Shown: positions 1 through 11,265 of the stretch, piece after piece
How positions within the stretch are numbered: the stretch's first letter is position 1
Layout: each line of letters begins with the position of its first letter
Assembly (NCBI GenBank): GCA_019828565.1
Contig: JAHDYR010000053.1
Coordinates: forward strand, 1,028,272 to 1,092,271
From: Carpediemonas membranifera BICM
Taxonomy: Eukaryota > Protista > Fornicata
DNA: 64,000 bases
Direction of reading: 5' to 3'
Translations under genes and position numbers: made by a program
Notes under the pieces: model-generated
Database searches by the model: none
What the model saw: the letters and a program-made list of their open reading frames with translations, nothing else
What the model was told of the DNA's origin: nothing

Positions 1-261
1 TCAGGCTTCCCCATCGAGGATGCCATGCGGTACAGCAACAGTGTCTATCAGCTCCTGGGTCAGAACCTGGTCTACCAGGTGCGCGATAAGGTCGACGGCA
101 TGGCTGACATCGATGCTGCGTTGCTGGAGACGATGGCCATCATTGAAGAGCAGGATAAGGCGGATGAAGAAGAGGAAGTGGTGGATGAGGATATCATTGT
201 TGGTGATGATGAGTTTGAGGAAGTCTACGAGGAGGCTGACCTCGCCCACGACGAGTTGTGA
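1..261 (+). CDS. HSP90B1: ER Hsp90 (GRP94/endoplasmin), 3' end only; gene begins before the window
   Basis: Frame 1 reads SGFPIEDAMRYSNSVYQLL (Hsp90 C-terminal SGFxxED...YxxI motif), then an acidic tail ending in the ER-retrieval signal HDEL-stop. Confidence 0.8.
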   Translation, partial: SGFPIEDAMRYSNSVYQLLGQNLVYQVRDKVDGMADIDAALLETMAIIEEQDKADEEEEVVDEDIIVGDDEFEEVYEEADLAHDEL

Positions 262-476
262 TGATTAAACGAGATGACTAGAGTTGGTTGACCCTGCCCT
301 TGAACGATGGGTCAGATGGCGCCCAATGTGTTGTTGAGGCGAGAGATGGGACGGGCTTACTGCTCAGTAGCGTCTACTGATCTGGGCGCCGCGGTTGAGA
401 CATAAATTCCGATTTACGTTGCGATAAACGGTCTCGTCCACTACCCGAAATTCCACTGACACCAGCGGTAGACGGG

Positions 477-3400
477 ATGCTTGCACGATCAAGCACCTTA
501 GCAGTACAAAACCGCCACGGAAATGGTCCTCAGCCAGCGAAAAGCGGCGAGGATTCCGTCAGTGAGCTGAAAGAACAGATCGCTGGGTTCACCCGGCAAA
601 TACGAGAACTTGTGGACAGTAATAGCAGCCTGAAGTCACAGCTGTACAGTGCAGAGGTAGACCAGAGCCTCCACAAGATTGAAGTGGCTGCACTGAAGAA
701 AGAGAACAGCAAGTTGGCGTCTGATAACGCAACCTTGCAGGAGAGCCGCAGCGACATGGAAGCGGAGACCTACGCCCTCAAGGCCCAACTGGAGCAGCTC
801 GCCGAGGAGCGGGACGAGGCCAAGGTCGCCATGGCCCGCAGTGCAAAGAGCTTAAGACGAGAGAGCTCGGCAAAGCTGTCGAGCGAGCAGGCAATTGGTG
901 ACTATATCGCGCGCATCACGGCGCTCGAGGCTGAGCTCAAGGCGCGCGACGAGGACGACGCGAACACCCGCGCCAGCAACGCGAAGAAGCTCGCCGAGGT
1001 CGACAACCGCACCGCGCAGCTCGACGGCACCATCGCCGAGCTCGAGGCGAAGCTCGCCGAGTCGACCCGCGAGGCTGAGACCCTCCGCGCCGAGGTCGCG
1101 AAGTACAGCGAGCGCGAGGCCGTTTGTAGCGGAGAGCGCGGCGCCGACGAGATGCAGGCCGAGATCGAGCGCCTGCGCACGAGCTTGAACACCAGTGAAA
1201 ACGCCGCAGCGGAGAAGATCGCGGCGCTTCAGCACGAGATCGAGCTCCACGACCGCGACGAGCCGAAGATCGCCGCCCGCATCGCAGAGCTTGAGGCTGC
1301 CGTCGCCAACTCCCAGAGCGAGCTTGACCAGACGCGCGACGAGCTTGAAGACGTTCGCGCCACCCGCGCCGACATCAGCGCCGCCTCGCTGGCCGACCTG
1401 AAAACTCAGCTCGAGTCGGCCCAGGCCGAGCGCGACCAGGCGAAGATCGACGCTAATGTTGCCCGTTCGTCGCTGAAGCAGTACGGCTCCGACGAGGAAT
1501 CCACCAAGAAGACGATCGACGACTATGTCGCGCGCATCACGGCGCTCGAGGCTGAGCTCAAGGCGCGCGACGAGGACGACGCGAACACCCGCGCCAGCAA
1601 CGCGAAGAAGCTCGCCGAGGTCGACAACCGCACCGCGCAGCTCGACGGCACCATCGCCGAGCTCGAGGCGAAGCTCGCCGAGTCGACCCGCGAGGCTGAG
1701 ACCCTCCGCGCCGAGGTCGCGAAGTACAGCGAGCGCGAGGCCGTTTGTAGCGGAGAGCGCGGCGCCGACGAGATGCAGGCCGAGATCGAGCGCCTGCGCA
1801 CGAGCTTGAACACCAGTGAAAACGCCGCAGCGGAGAAGATCGCGGCGCTTCAGCACGAGATCGAGCTCCACGACCGCGACGAGCCGAAGATCGCCGCCCG
1901 CATCGCAGAGCTTGAGGCTGCCGTCGCCAACTCCCAGAGCGAGCTTGACCAGACGCGCGACGAGCTTGAAGACGTTCGCGCCACCCGCGCCGACATCAGC
2001 GCCGCCTCGCTGGCCGACCTGAAAACTCAGCTCGAGTCGGCCCAGGCCGAGCGCGACCAGGCGAAGATCGACGCTAATGTTGCCCGTTCGTCGCTGAAGC
2101 AGTACGGCTCCGACGAGGAATCCACCAAGAAGACGATCGACGACTATGTCGCGCGCATCACGGCGCTCGAGGCTGAGCTCAAGGCGCGCGACGAGGACGA
2201 CGCGAACACCCGCGCCAGCAACGCGAAGAAGCTCGCCGAGGTCGACAACCGCACCGCGCAGCTCGACGGCACCATCGCCGAGCTCGAGGCGAAGCTCGCC
2301 GAGTCGACCCGCGAGGCTGAGACCCTCCGCGCCGAGGTCGCGAAGTACAGCGAGCGCGAGGCCGTTTGTAGCGGAGAGCGCGGCGCCGACGAGATGCAGG
2401 CCGAGATCGAGCGCCTGCGCACGAGCTTGAACACCAGTGAAAACGCCGCAGCGGAGAAGATCGCGGCGCTTCAGCACGAGATCGAGCTCCACGACCGCGA
2501 CGAGCCGAAGATCGCCGCCCGCATCGCAGAGCTTGAGGCTGCCGTCGCCAACTCCCAGAGCGAGCTTGACCAGACGCGCGACGAGCTTGAAGACGTTCGC
2601 GCCACCCGCGCCGACATCAGCGCCGCCTCGCTGGCCGACCTGAAAACTCAGCTCGAGTCGGCCCAGGCCGAGCGCGACCAGGCGAAGATCGACGCTAATG
2701 TTGCCCGTTCGTCGCTGAAGCAGTACGGCTCCGACGAGGAATCCACCAAGAAGACGATCGACGACTATGTCGCGCGCATCACGGCGCTCGAGGCTGAGCT
2801 CAAGGCGCGCGACGAGGACGACGCGAACACCCGCGCCAGCAACGCGAAGAAGCTCGCCGAGGTCGACAACCGCACCGCGCAGCTCGACGGCACCATCGCC
2901 GAGCTCGAGGCGAAGCTCGCCGAGTCGACCCGCGAGGCTGAGACCCTCCGCGCCGAGGTCGCGAAGTACAGCGAGCGCGAGGCCGTTTGTAGCGGAGAGC
3001 GCGGCGCCGACGAGATGCAGGCCGAGATCGAGCGCCTGCGCACGAGCTTGAACACCAGTGAAAACGCCGCAGCGGAGAAGATCGCGGCGCTTCAGCACGA
3101 GATCGAGCTCCACGACCGCGACGAGCCGAAGATCGCCGCCCGCATCGCAGAGCTTGAGGCTGCCGTCGCCAACTCCCAGAGCGAGCTTGACCAGACGCGC
3201 GACGAGCTTGAAGACGTTCGCGCCACCCGCGCCGACATCAGCGCCGCCTCGCTGGCCGACCTGAAAACTCAGCTCGAGTCGGCCCAGGCCGAGCGCGACC
3301 AGGCGAAGATCGACGCTAATGTTGCCCGTTCGTCGCTGAAGCAGTACGGCTCCGACGAGGAATCCACCAAGAAGACGATCGACGACTATGTCGCGCGCAT

Positions 3401-6400
3401 CACGGCGCTCGAGGCTGAGCTCAAGGCGCGCGACGAGGACGACGCGAACACCCGCGCCAGCAACGCGAAGAAGCTCGCCGAGGTCGACAACCGCACCGCG
3501 CAGCTCGACGGCACCATCGCCGAGCTCGAGGCGAAGCTCGCCGAGTCGACCCGCGAGGCTGAGACCCTCCGCGCCGAGGTCGCGAAGTACAGCGAGCGCG
3601 AGGCCGTTTGTAGCGGAGAGCGCGGCGCCTACGAGATGCAGGCCGAGATCGAGCGCCTGCGCACGAGCTTGAACACCAGTGAAAACGCCGCAGCGGAGAA
3701 GATCGCGGCGCTTCAGCACGAGATCGAGCTCCACGACCGCGACGAGCCGAAGATCGCCGCCCGCATCGCAGAGCTTGAGGCTGCCGTCGCCAACTCCCAG
3801 AGCGAGCTCATCGACGCCCAGGCCGAGCTGACTGAGGTGAGACCTCGGCTGACCAAGGTGACTCAGGAACGGGATGTTCTTAAGGCCCAGCTGACCCACT
3901 ACAAGCGAAATAATGACACGGCCAAGGACGTCGATGACGGCGCAACGGCCCGTATCGAGGCGCTGGAGCACGAGTTGGCTGTCCGAGACCGAGATGACGT
4001 TTCCAAGCAGGCCGAGGTCGACCGGCTGCTTGGTCGTCTTGATGAGCTGCAGCGAGCCCTCGAGGTGAGCCAGACGATCGTAGCTGAGAAGCAGACTGAG
4101 ATCGATGCGTTGGATCGTGCCCGATTCAACCCGGATCCCGCAATCGTCGGCCACAAGGAGAGCCACGAACGGGCGATGGCAGCAGCCGCAGACCGCATCG
4201 CTATGCTCGAGCGTGAGCTTCAAGCTGTCCACGGCAACGCCGAGGCCAACTCCGCAGGTCACGCGGCAGCTCTTGAGCAAGAGGCCAAGCAACGCAGAGC
4301 TCTGGAAGCAGACCTCGATGCTGTCAAGGCGCAGCTCGCTGCTGCACAAGAAGACACCGCGGCCTACCGCGCGTCATTACTCTCCGCCCAGGATACGGAA
4401 TCGGCCTCCGACTTGGCCGCAGTGACCAGAGCCAGGGAGCTCGCCGTAGAGCTCGAGCAGCAGAGTAGGTTCCACCAGGACCAGCTGGCCGAGAAGGCCC
4501 GGGTCGTAGCAGAGCTGCAGGACAAGGTCGACGCTGCCCAAGCTGAGGTCGAGGCTGCCCGTGGTGATGTCCTCACCCTTCAGGCACACGCGGAGCAGGG
4601 GCGAAGTGGGCATGCCAATGAGCTGACTGCACTGGCGAGGGAGAAGGCGCAGCTCGAACGAGCCCTTGCGGAGGCATCCCAAACGGTCCTTGTGCTTCAG
4701 AACGAACTAACTGCCCAGTCGAGCTCGGCGAACACGGAGCTCAAAGCACTAGATGAGAAGGTGAAGTTCCTTTCCGCAGAGCTCGAGCAGACCCAGATAG
4801 AGTCTGAGAAGGCTGTGATGGCTGCTGAGGCGAAGCAGCAGGCCGCTGATCAACAGCTTAGGGACGCACAGACAGCGCTATCCCGCTTCCGCGAGCTATC
4901 CCGCATGAGCGGGTTGAAGGACATCGTCACGGAGCACATCGAGGATGCACACGCTATGGAGGAGGAGGCCGTGGTGCTTCTAACCCCACAGCCACCCTCC
5001 ACTCCCTCCCGCAGCACCCCCAGCATCCCCGTGGGCGTCCAAGACAGTCTGAGGTACCGGGAGTCGACCAACAGGCGGATGATGCCAGAGTCACCGCGTC
5101 CTCCTGTTGCAGGTAGGCCGAGGCGGGTTGCTTCATTCTTATCAAGACATGTTCAGCGGGCTGACATGGCTGAGACGGAAAGAGAGGAGCTGAATGCAGC
5201 GAGGGAGCATGCAGCTGATATAGAGTACCAGCAGAACATCAGGAAGACTGTCGTTGCCTCGGACCGCATGGTCGCTGAGCTAGTCGACGCCAACGAGCAG
5301 ATGGCGGCCAACCTCGGTAACGTGGCGCCTGACGCTGTCCCAGACGACGTTCCAGGCCTTGGACATGCGCTAGTGGCTGCCATCGGGGCGAGGGCTTCGT
5401 TCTTCCCTGACTCGTTAGCCAGCAGAGTTGTGCCAGCCTTAGAGGACGCCGAGTTCGCTCAGAACGTCGCCCGACTGGCTGCAGCTCTCACCGTCGCCCT
5501 TGAACGTGCCGAAGTCGCTGAGCTCGCTGCGATTGCTGCCGATGCCAGAGAGGCCGGCGCCATTAATCTCATGCTCGATCTCATTCGCACTTTTAGGTCA
5601 GACTTCCCGACTCTTCGTGCCGCTATCGCCAAGCCCGTTCCCTTGGCCGTGGCTGTCTTTGCCATGCATTGCCTGTCATCGCTATCCTTACTTGAGGACG
5701 CAGAGCAGGACATCGTCTCTGAAGCCAACCGCGACGCCGTTTCCGTGGTGATGTCCTTTGTCCCCGAGAACGAGGTCCTCCTCGTGCTCACAGACCCCCT
5801 GCTACTGTCATCAGTGGCCACCGCCCTCCACGTGCTGTCCTCCGTCGCCACATGCTCTGCCGGTAGGGCTGTGCTCGGTGCCCCAGGCCCGGTCGGGTTC
5901 CTCAGCAGACTCCTGGACCTCGAGGGTGACTCCACAGCTGCAGTCATGGCGCGGAGGTCGGCCTGCCGCTGTCTCAGGAACATTGCTCTCCCGGGCGGGG
6001 CGACAAACGGCGCCATTGAGCTCGACACCCTGACCAAACTAGTGTGCATTTTAAGGACAGACTCAGACGTCGAGACTCTGCGGTTCGCCACACACTTGAT
6101 GGCCCTCGCTCTGCGGTCCCGTCGTAACCAGCAGCCCGACTTCGTTGAGTCGATGCTCGACATGATGAGCCCGCATCTGACGTCCCCTGACACGGAGACC
6201 TGCCGCAACGCCATCTCATGCCTTCTGGTGCTCTCCTCGACCTCTGTCTCGACTGTGACCCGGCCCGACATTGTCGCCAAGCTGCCCGTTGTCCTCTACA
6301 CCCACTCTGATCCGAAGCCAGTGGTCATGGCGCTATCGACCATCGAGCGCGTCATCCGTATCGGCGGCGTCGGGTTCGACTCCATCGCCCACGTCCAAGG

Positions 6401-7955
6401 CCACCCGCTGTTGCCGAAGCTGGTCAACTACCTCGTCGGCCCCAGCGAGGATCTGGCGTGCAAGGCCTCCAAGATCTTGGTCCACTTCTACACAGCCCCC
6501 AAGGAGGGCGAGGAGAGGGCCGGGTTCGAGGCCAGAGTCGCTGAGTTCGTCGGTACGGCCACTGCGGACAACACGCCCGCTCTCACGGCCCTGAGCCAGA
6601 AGCTGCCGGAGCTCATGAGTACAACTATCATCGATCATCTTGTCGCTGTGGCCACCATTGTGGCCGGCATCAGCACCGTCCCCGCCTGCATGGATGAGAT
6701 GGTCTCCATGGGCATCATACCCCTCGTCCGGGGTCTGCTGAGCAAGACGTTCGGCCCCACCGACGCCTTCTTCCACCAGTCTGAGGGCGAGTACCCCTCC
6801 GCGGCCATGTCCACCGCCTCTGTCCGGGGTCGCAGTAAGAACACGTCGATGCACCGCACTGCCATCATCCTGGCCATCGCCCGGAACCTGGCTTGTGATG
6901 ACGCCAGGCTGGCCCAGCTGGTCGACGTCGAGAGCCCTGTAGAGAGACTCGGACTCGACACCATGATGCTCGTTGCTGCCCACGCCGCTGAGCCCGCCGT
7001 TGCCGACATTTCGATCATCGCCGTAGAGTTGCTCTGCACCCTCGTCGCACAGGGCCCTGTCGCCGCAGCTCTCGGCTCAACTGAGCTGATCGTGGAGGGC
7101 AAGACTGCTCTTGACGCGGTGATCGACATCGCCCTCGATCATGAAGCGATCAATGCTCTCACCGCCTTGTGCACCTCAGCTCCGAAAGCCCGAAAGCCCG
7201 CTGTCGTCAGGGCCCTGTTGCATGCCGCCCTGGATGACAGTGACGCCGAAGCTTGCATGGCGGCCGTTGGGAAGCTGTCAGCCGCAGAGCTCGCTGGTAC
7301 CGGCGTGGCCGACTTGCTGGTGAAGCTCTCGTCGGGCCCCGCGGGTGAATCTGCCGTCCGCCTTCTCGCCACCGTCGCAGAGGAAGACCCAGCCCAGTGT
7401 GAAAAGGCCGGCGTGCTTGATGCTGTGATCGCTGCCGAGACGGAAGATGTGAAGTCCGAGGTTGACAGTATCATTGTCGCGCTGTACAAGCCTGGAAACA
7501 GGATGAAGCGCGTTCTCACCGTCATAGTGGACCGATTCATGGCCGACCTCGCTACTGGCAAGTGGACCTCTTTCGGTGATGACTTCATCGCTGCCATGGA
7601 TGACGTTCGTGCCATTGCAACCGACGACCACATGGACTCCATCGCCAAGGCACTCCAGGTGGCCCGCACCGATAACGAGCTAACTGACCAAATGCTCGAT
7701 ATTCTCGAGGTGTTTATTGTTGTCGACCCCTCGGCAAAGAAACCTGGGCTGACCGCCGACCCTGCCAACCTCGCCTTAGCCAGTCTCCCAGAGGTCGCCA
7801 GCTTCCTTGAATCCGTCAAGAAGCTGAACAGAAAGGTCGCAAAGGGTGTTAAGGCGCCCAAATCTCGCGCTACTGATCTACTTGCCCTCTTGACAAAGAG
7901 CAAGTCAACTTCGGCCCAATTCAAGGTAGCTATGAAGAGTGCTGCGACTGGATGA
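477..7955 (+). CDS. Giant coiled-coil protein (207-aa internal repeats) with a C-terminal ARM/HEAT-like helical region; probably cytoskeletal
   Basis: 2492-aa uninterrupted ORF. The first ~1500 aa are E/A/L/K/R-rich heptads. The C-terminal ~850 aa are hydrophobic helical repeats resembling armadillo repeats (e.g. RRSACRCLRNIA, CRNAISCLLVLS). Confidence 0.8.
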   Translation: MLARSSTLAVQNRHGNGPQPAKSGEDSVSELKEQIAGFTRQIRELVDSNSSLKSQLYSAEVDQSLHKIEVAALKKENSKLASDNATLQESRSDMEAETYALKAQLEQLAEERDEAKVAMARSAKSLRRESSAKLSSEQAIGDYIARITALEAELKARDEDDANTRASNAKKLAEVDNRTAQLDGTIAELEAKLAESTREAETLRAEVAKYSEREAVCSGERGADEMQAEIERLRTSLNTSENAAAEKIAALQHEIELHDRDEPKIAARIAELEAAVANSQSELDQTRDELEDVRATRADISAASLADLKTQLESAQAERDQAKIDANVARSSLKQYGSDEESTKKTIDDYVARITALEAELKARDEDDANTRASNAKKLAEVDNRTAQLDGTIAELEAKLAESTREAETLRAEVAKYSEREAVCSGERGADEMQAEIERLRTSLNTSENAAAEKIAALQHEIELHDRDEPKIAARIAELEAAVANSQSELDQTRDELEDVRATRADISAASLADLKTQLESAQAERDQAKIDANVARSSLKQYGSDEESTKKTIDDYVARITALEAELKARDEDDANTRASNAKKLAEVDNRTAQLDGTIAELEAKLAESTREAETLRAEVAKYSEREAVCSGERGADEMQAEIERLRTSLNTSENAAAEKIAALQHEIELHDRDEPKIAARIAELEAAVANSQSELDQTRDELEDVRATRADISAASLADLKTQLESAQAERDQAKIDANVARSSLKQYGSDEESTKKTIDDYVARITALEAELKARDEDDANTRASNAKKLAEVDNRTAQLDGTIAELEAKLAESTREAETLRAEVAKYSEREAVCSGERGADEMQAEIERLRTSLNTSENAAAEKIAALQHEIELHDRDEPKIAARIAELEAAVANSQSELDQTRDELEDVRATRADISAASLADLKTQLESAQAERDQAKIDANVARSSLKQYGSDEESTKKTIDDYVARITALEAELKARDEDDANTRASNAKKLAEVDNRTAQLDGTIAELEAKLAESTREAETLRAEVAKYSEREAVCSGERGAYEMQAEIERLRTSLNTSENAAAEKIAALQHEIELHDRDEPKIAARIAELEAAVANSQSELIDAQAELTEVRPRLTKVTQERDVLKAQLTHYKRNNDTAKDVDDGATARIEALEHELAVRDRDDVSKQAEVDRLLGRLDELQRALEVSQTIVAEKQTEIDALDRARFNPDPAIVGHKESHERAMAAAADRIAMLERELQAVHGNAEANSAGHAAALEQEAKQRRALEADLDAVKAQLAAAQEDTAAYRASLLSAQDTESASDLAAVTRARELAVELEQQSRFHQDQLAEKARVVAELQDKVDAAQAEVEAARGDVLTLQAHAEQGRSGHANELTALAREKAQLERALAEASQTVLVLQNELTAQSSSANTELKALDEKVKFLSAELEQTQIESEKAVMAAEAKQQAADQQLRDAQTALSRFRELSRMSGLKDIVTEHIEDAHAMEEEAVVLLTPQPPSTPSRSTPSIPVGVQDSLRYRESTNRRMMPESPRPPVAGRPRRVASFLSRHVQRADMAETEREELNAAREHAADIEYQQNIRKTVVASDRMVAELVDANEQMAANLGNVAPDAVPDDVPGLGHALVAAIGARASFFPDSLASRVVPALEDAEFAQNVARLAAALTVALERAEVAELAAIAADAREAGAINLMLDLIRTFRSDFPTLRAAIAKPVPLAVAVFAMHCLSSLSLLEDAEQDIVSEANRDAVSVVMSFVPENEVLLVLTDPLLLSSVATALHVLSSVATCSAGRAVLGAPGPVGFLSRLLDLEGDSTAAVMARRSACRCLRNIALPGGATNGAIELDTLTKLVCILRTDSDVETLRFATHLMALALRSRRNQQPDFVESMLDMMSPHLTSPDTETCRNAISCLLVLSSTSVSTVTRPDIVAKLPVVLYTHSDPKPVVMALSTIERVIRIGGVGFDSIAHVQGHPLLPKLVNYLVGPSEDLACKASKILVHFYTAPKEGEERAGFEARVAEFVGTATADNTPALTALSQKLPELMSTTIIDHLVAVATIVAGISTVPACMDEMVSMGIIPLVRGLLSKTFGPTDAFFHQSEGEYPSAAMSTASVRGRSKNTSMHRTAIILAIARNLACDDARLAQLVDVESPVERLGLDTMMLVAAHAAEPAVADISIIAVELLCTLVAQGPVAAALGSTELIVEGKTALDAVIDIALDHEAINALTALCTSAPKARKPAVVRALLHAALDDSDAEACMAAVGKLSAAELAGTGVADLLVKLSSGPAGESAVRLLATVAEEDPAQCEKAGVLDAVIAAETEDVKSEVDSIIVALYKPGNRMKRVLTVIVDRFMADLATGKWTSFGDDFIAAMDDVRAIATDDHMDSIAKALQVARTDNELTDQMLDILEVFIVVDPSAKKPGLTADPANLALASLPEVASFLESVKKLNRKVAKGVKAPKSRATDLLALLTKSKSTSAQFKVAMKSAATG
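900..3808 (+). repeat. Coding tandem repeat, 621-bp unit, about 4.7 near-identical copies
   Basis: Units start at about 900, 1521, 2142, 2763 and 3384. The ORF track shows identical shadow ORFs every 621 bp. Visible differences are limited to the unit edge and GAC>TAC near 3630. Confidence 0.95.
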
Positions 7956-8223
7956 TTTGATTGAGTCTCTTGTTTAGCGCAAGCCATCTGACATACTAGC
8001 ACAGTAAAGTTATTTTTGAAGGGTCTGTCCCGACTGAATTGGAGGAAATGAGGCATGGTCATTATCTGTGGCGATGAGTATGATATATCGGTGACGCTAT
8101 CAGGATCATTTTTGCAGAGACAACATCAGCCAGCTCGCTTCAAGCTCATCCTCATTCTTTTTTCGTGAAAAAAATGTTCTCAACTTTTTTCATGCAAGTG
8201 AGGAGCCTTCAGCGTTGTTGTGC

Positions 8224-8691
8224 ATGGATTCCGTCATCACGCGCACTTATGAGCAGCTTGCCCGCCGTACCGAGTCCGCTTTCGCCAAGCGCGTTCACCA
8301 CCGCCTCCAGCTCACCCGTGTGAACCGCCACCCCCTTTCTATCGCTTCCATCGCTCGTTTCGTTAAGGATAACGAGACCGCTGTTGTCGTTGCCCCTGTT
8401 ACCAACGATGAGCGTATGATTGTTGTCCCCAAGATGCGTGTTGCCGCTCTCCGCTTCACTGAGGCCGCTCGCGCCCGCATCGAGAAGGCCGGCGGTGAGT
8501 GCCTCACCCTTGACCAGCTCGCTGTTCAGTGCCCCACTGGCAAGCAGTGCGTCCTTGTTCGCGGCAAGATGCACTCTCGTGAGGCCCGCAAGCACTTCGG
8601 TATCCCCGGTGCCAAGCGCTCCCACGTCAAGCCCTACGTTGCCGGCCACGGCAAGAACCGTAAGAAGGAGATGTCTCACGGCCAGCACTAA
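8224..8691 (+). CDS. RPL18: 60S ribosomal protein L18 (eL18)
   Basis: LARRTES, VNRHPLS, VTNDERM, ALRFTEAARARIEKAGGECLTLDQLA and REARKHFG match eL18. Strong C/T-ending codon bias. First in-frame ATG is at 8224. Confidence 0.93.
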   Translation: MDSVITRTYEQLARRTESAFAKRVHHRLQLTRVNRHPLSIASIARFVKDNETAVVVAPVTNDERMIVVPKMRVAALRFTEAARARIEKAGGECLTLDQLAVQCPTGKQCVLVRGKMHSREARKHFGIPGAKRSHVKPYVAGHGKNRKKEMSHGQH

Positions 8692-9435
8692 GCATTTCGG
8701 AGGTAAATTCACCGTTCACTCTCGTGTCGGGGACGCTGTGATAAAGCTGGATGATCCACATCGGTAGATAAGAAGATCGAGCCTTGAGGGCTATCTCTTG
8801 TCGTTTTCGGCGCCTTCTGCGCCACATTACCACTACGGTTGCCTTATCTGCCGCAGGGAAGCCTCAACTGCATCCGAAATGAAGAACTTCACCCTCGGTC
8901 TGGACTCTGATACAGTTCAAAATGGTACAGCCGTCAATGGTTTGTCGCTCAGCTGGGCGTGCTTGACTCCAAGTCTGCCAGTGCCGGAACGGTGGATTCT
9001 TCGGCTGGGCGCGAGCATATATCTTGCACAAGCGACGAGGCTAGAGCATATATCAGTGAAACGGACGGTATTTATCGCGTATTCTCTCTGAATCTTCGGA
9101 ACTTGAGTCCCTCCCCTCAGGTTCAGATTTCCTGATCGAGGCTTTATTATGAGTTATTGAGGGCACTAGAGCACCAAACATCAATTGATGGTTTCCATAC
9201 ATGCTGGACCTGATGTCTGCAGGGCAGACCCATCTGCAAAAAATCTCCACGTGCAGTTTTTCAAAGAGGGGGACAAGCCGACAAAATTTAAGAGCTTATA
9301 GACGGTCCTGTTATAGGCATGGTGGAGTATAGTGGGTCTGGGTTGCGTCCCAGAGCTATTGCACAAATTAAACCATTTTTGCAAGACGGGGGTTTTCTTC
9401 CTAAAGGTCCTTTCGAGAGCAGCGAAGAACAGCAG

Positions 9436-10014
9436 ATGCCTAAGGTTTCCGCCCACCGCAGTTATTCTAAGGTGAACCAGACGCCCCGCCGTCCCTTCGA
9501 GGCCGATCGCCTTGCTGCCGAGCTTAAGCTTTGCGGCCAGTACGGCCTGCGCAACAAGAAGGAGATCTGGCGCGTTCAGAAGTCCGTTTCTTCTATCCGC
9601 TCTGCTGCCCGTGAGCTTCTGACCCTTGATGAGCACCACTCCCGCCGCCAGTTCGAGGGTGAGGCTCTTCTCGATCGTCTCCACCGTCTTGGCGTTCTCT
9701 CCGCCGACAAGAACAAGCTTGATTACGTTCTGTCCCTCAAGCTTGAGGACTTCCTCGACCGCCGTCTCCAGACCATCATCTACAAGGCTGGCCTCGCCAA
9801 GTCCATCCACCACGCCCGCTGCCTGATCCTCCAGCGCCACGTCCGCGTTGGCGACCAGCTCGTGACTAGCCCCTCTTTCCTTGTCCGCCTTGACTCCCAG
9901 AAGCACATCGACTTTGCCGAGGCTTCTCCTTACGCCAACGGCCGCCCTGGCCGCGTCGCTCGCAAGAAGGCTGGCCGCGGTGCTGCTGCTGAGGACGAAG
10001 AGGATGATATGTAA
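9436..10014 (+). CDS. RPS9: 40S ribosomal protein S9 (uS4)
   Basis: [30 protein letters not shown] and [11 protein letters not shown]. The ATG at 9436 (MPKV) matches the family N-terminus better than the ORF-track start at 9319. Confidence 0.95.
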   Translation: MPKVSAHRSYSKVNQTPRRPFEADRLAAELKLCGQYGLRNKKEIWRVQKSVSSIRSAARELLTLDEHHSRRQFEGEALLDRLHRLGVLSADKNKLDYVLSLKLEDFLDRRLQTIIYKAGLAKSIHHARCLILQRHVRVGDQLVTSPSFLVRLDSQKHIDFAEASPYANGRPGRVARKKAGRGAAAEDEEDDM

Positions 10015-10254
10015 GTTGCATTAAAGCACTTCTTCGTTGAATCGCATACTCGGTGGGGTTTACAGAATGAACTGGGCAGTCTATCACAATCAGGGTTGTT
10101 TGTTCACATTGAGAACAAGAAACATCCCATGGCTAGTTTGTTTCTGTTACGTAAGAGTTGATGGTCAACCTGACAGTCGAACCGTGGTGATGACAGCGCT
10201 GAGCTATTTATGGTTCACGTATATCCGTGGTCACCTGCATCCCATTCATCGACA

Positions 10255-11154
10255 ATGCTCAACTCCAGCCTTGATGACGTAATCTCGCGCATGGACTACA
10301 TATACAAAGAGTGTGGAGGTAAGGAGGAGCCTGTGAACGAAGAGGAAAAGGGCCCGGCCGTTCTCACCGACGAATTCAGCATCAAGCGCATGGAGATCCA
10401 CGAGCAGGTTCAAACAATCAGAGGAATGATCAAGGAACGCGATGAGAAGCAAGAGGAGGCCGGCAACGACTTCTCAGAGAAGATTGTTCGCCTTGGACAA
10501 GACATCAGGGCCAAGATGGCCGCGCTCACCAAAGACGTCGACCGCCTCGAGGCCAAGTTCCAGGAGAACAGCGAGAAGAAGCGCAAGAAGTTTACAGAGG
10601 ACGAACTGTCCAACCAAGAAGCGATCGTCTCGTTATGCCGCAAGCACCTGACCGAGGTCGAGAACCTTGAGAAGAAGCGGTACAGCCAAGTCAAGTCCAA
10701 GTCGAACTCCGCAATGAACCAGGCAGTCACAGCGCTCTTCAAAGGCGCCAAGCGGACAGCTCCTGATCCTACAGTATCCGACCTTCCCGAGATCAACGGG
10801 GACATTGCTGATGGACTTCGGGTGATCGATCAGCAGAAGAAGATGATAGATGACAGCCTCGACGTCATCGGAGAGGGTCTGGCGGTGATCAGGCAGCAGG
10901 TGGACGACATTGCGGACGAGCTCGAGATCCAGAACGAGATGGTCGAGACGCTCAACCAGGAGGCTGAGGAAACTCAGGAGAAGCTCGACACAGAGATCAG
11001 CCGCGCCAAGGCCCTGCTAGACCGGGTCAAGAAGAACGACCGCGTCCTTATTTACGTTATCATGATCATGGTCTGCGTCGCCATCGTTGTTTGGCTGTTC
11101 GCTATGGTCTTTTCGTATTTCAAGGACAAGATCACGGCGGCTCTGGGGTTGTAA
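10255..11154 (+). CDS. Qc-SNARE syntaxin, SYP7-like
   Basis: SNARE motif with central Q (IADELEIQNEMVETL) followed by a C-terminal TM helix. The N-terminus DDVISRMDYIYK resembles SYP71-type SNAREs. Confidence 0.75.
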   Translation: MLNSSLDDVISRMDYIYKECGGKEEPVNEEEKGPAVLTDEFSIKRMEIHEQVQTIRGMIKERDEKQEEAGNDFSEKIVRLGQDIRAKMAALTKDVDRLEAKFQENSEKKRKKFTEDELSNQEAIVSLCRKHLTEVENLEKKRYSQVKSKSNSAMNQAVTALFKGAKRTAPDPTVSDLPEINGDIADGLRVIDQQKKMIDDSLDVIGEGLAVIRQQVDDIADELEIQNEMVETLNQEAEETQEKLDTEISRAKALLDRVKKNDRVLIYVIMIMVCVAIVVWLFAMVFSYFKDKITAALGL

Positions 11155-11265
11155 AGTAGACATGGCAGGTGCCATGCTGTTGCGGGCGGGGTATGTTGAG
11201 ATATTATCAATTCTTGTCATTTTCGACACAATGGTGTCGTCGCAACGGACAGCTCGACGAAAGAG

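Noticed and set aside
852-4349. 1165-aa antisense ORF, and the similar 1173-aa and 697-aa ORFs antisense to PFO and eEF2
   Set aside because: Shadow frames explained by sense-strand codon bias (few TTA/CTA/TCA codons); no recognisable domains.
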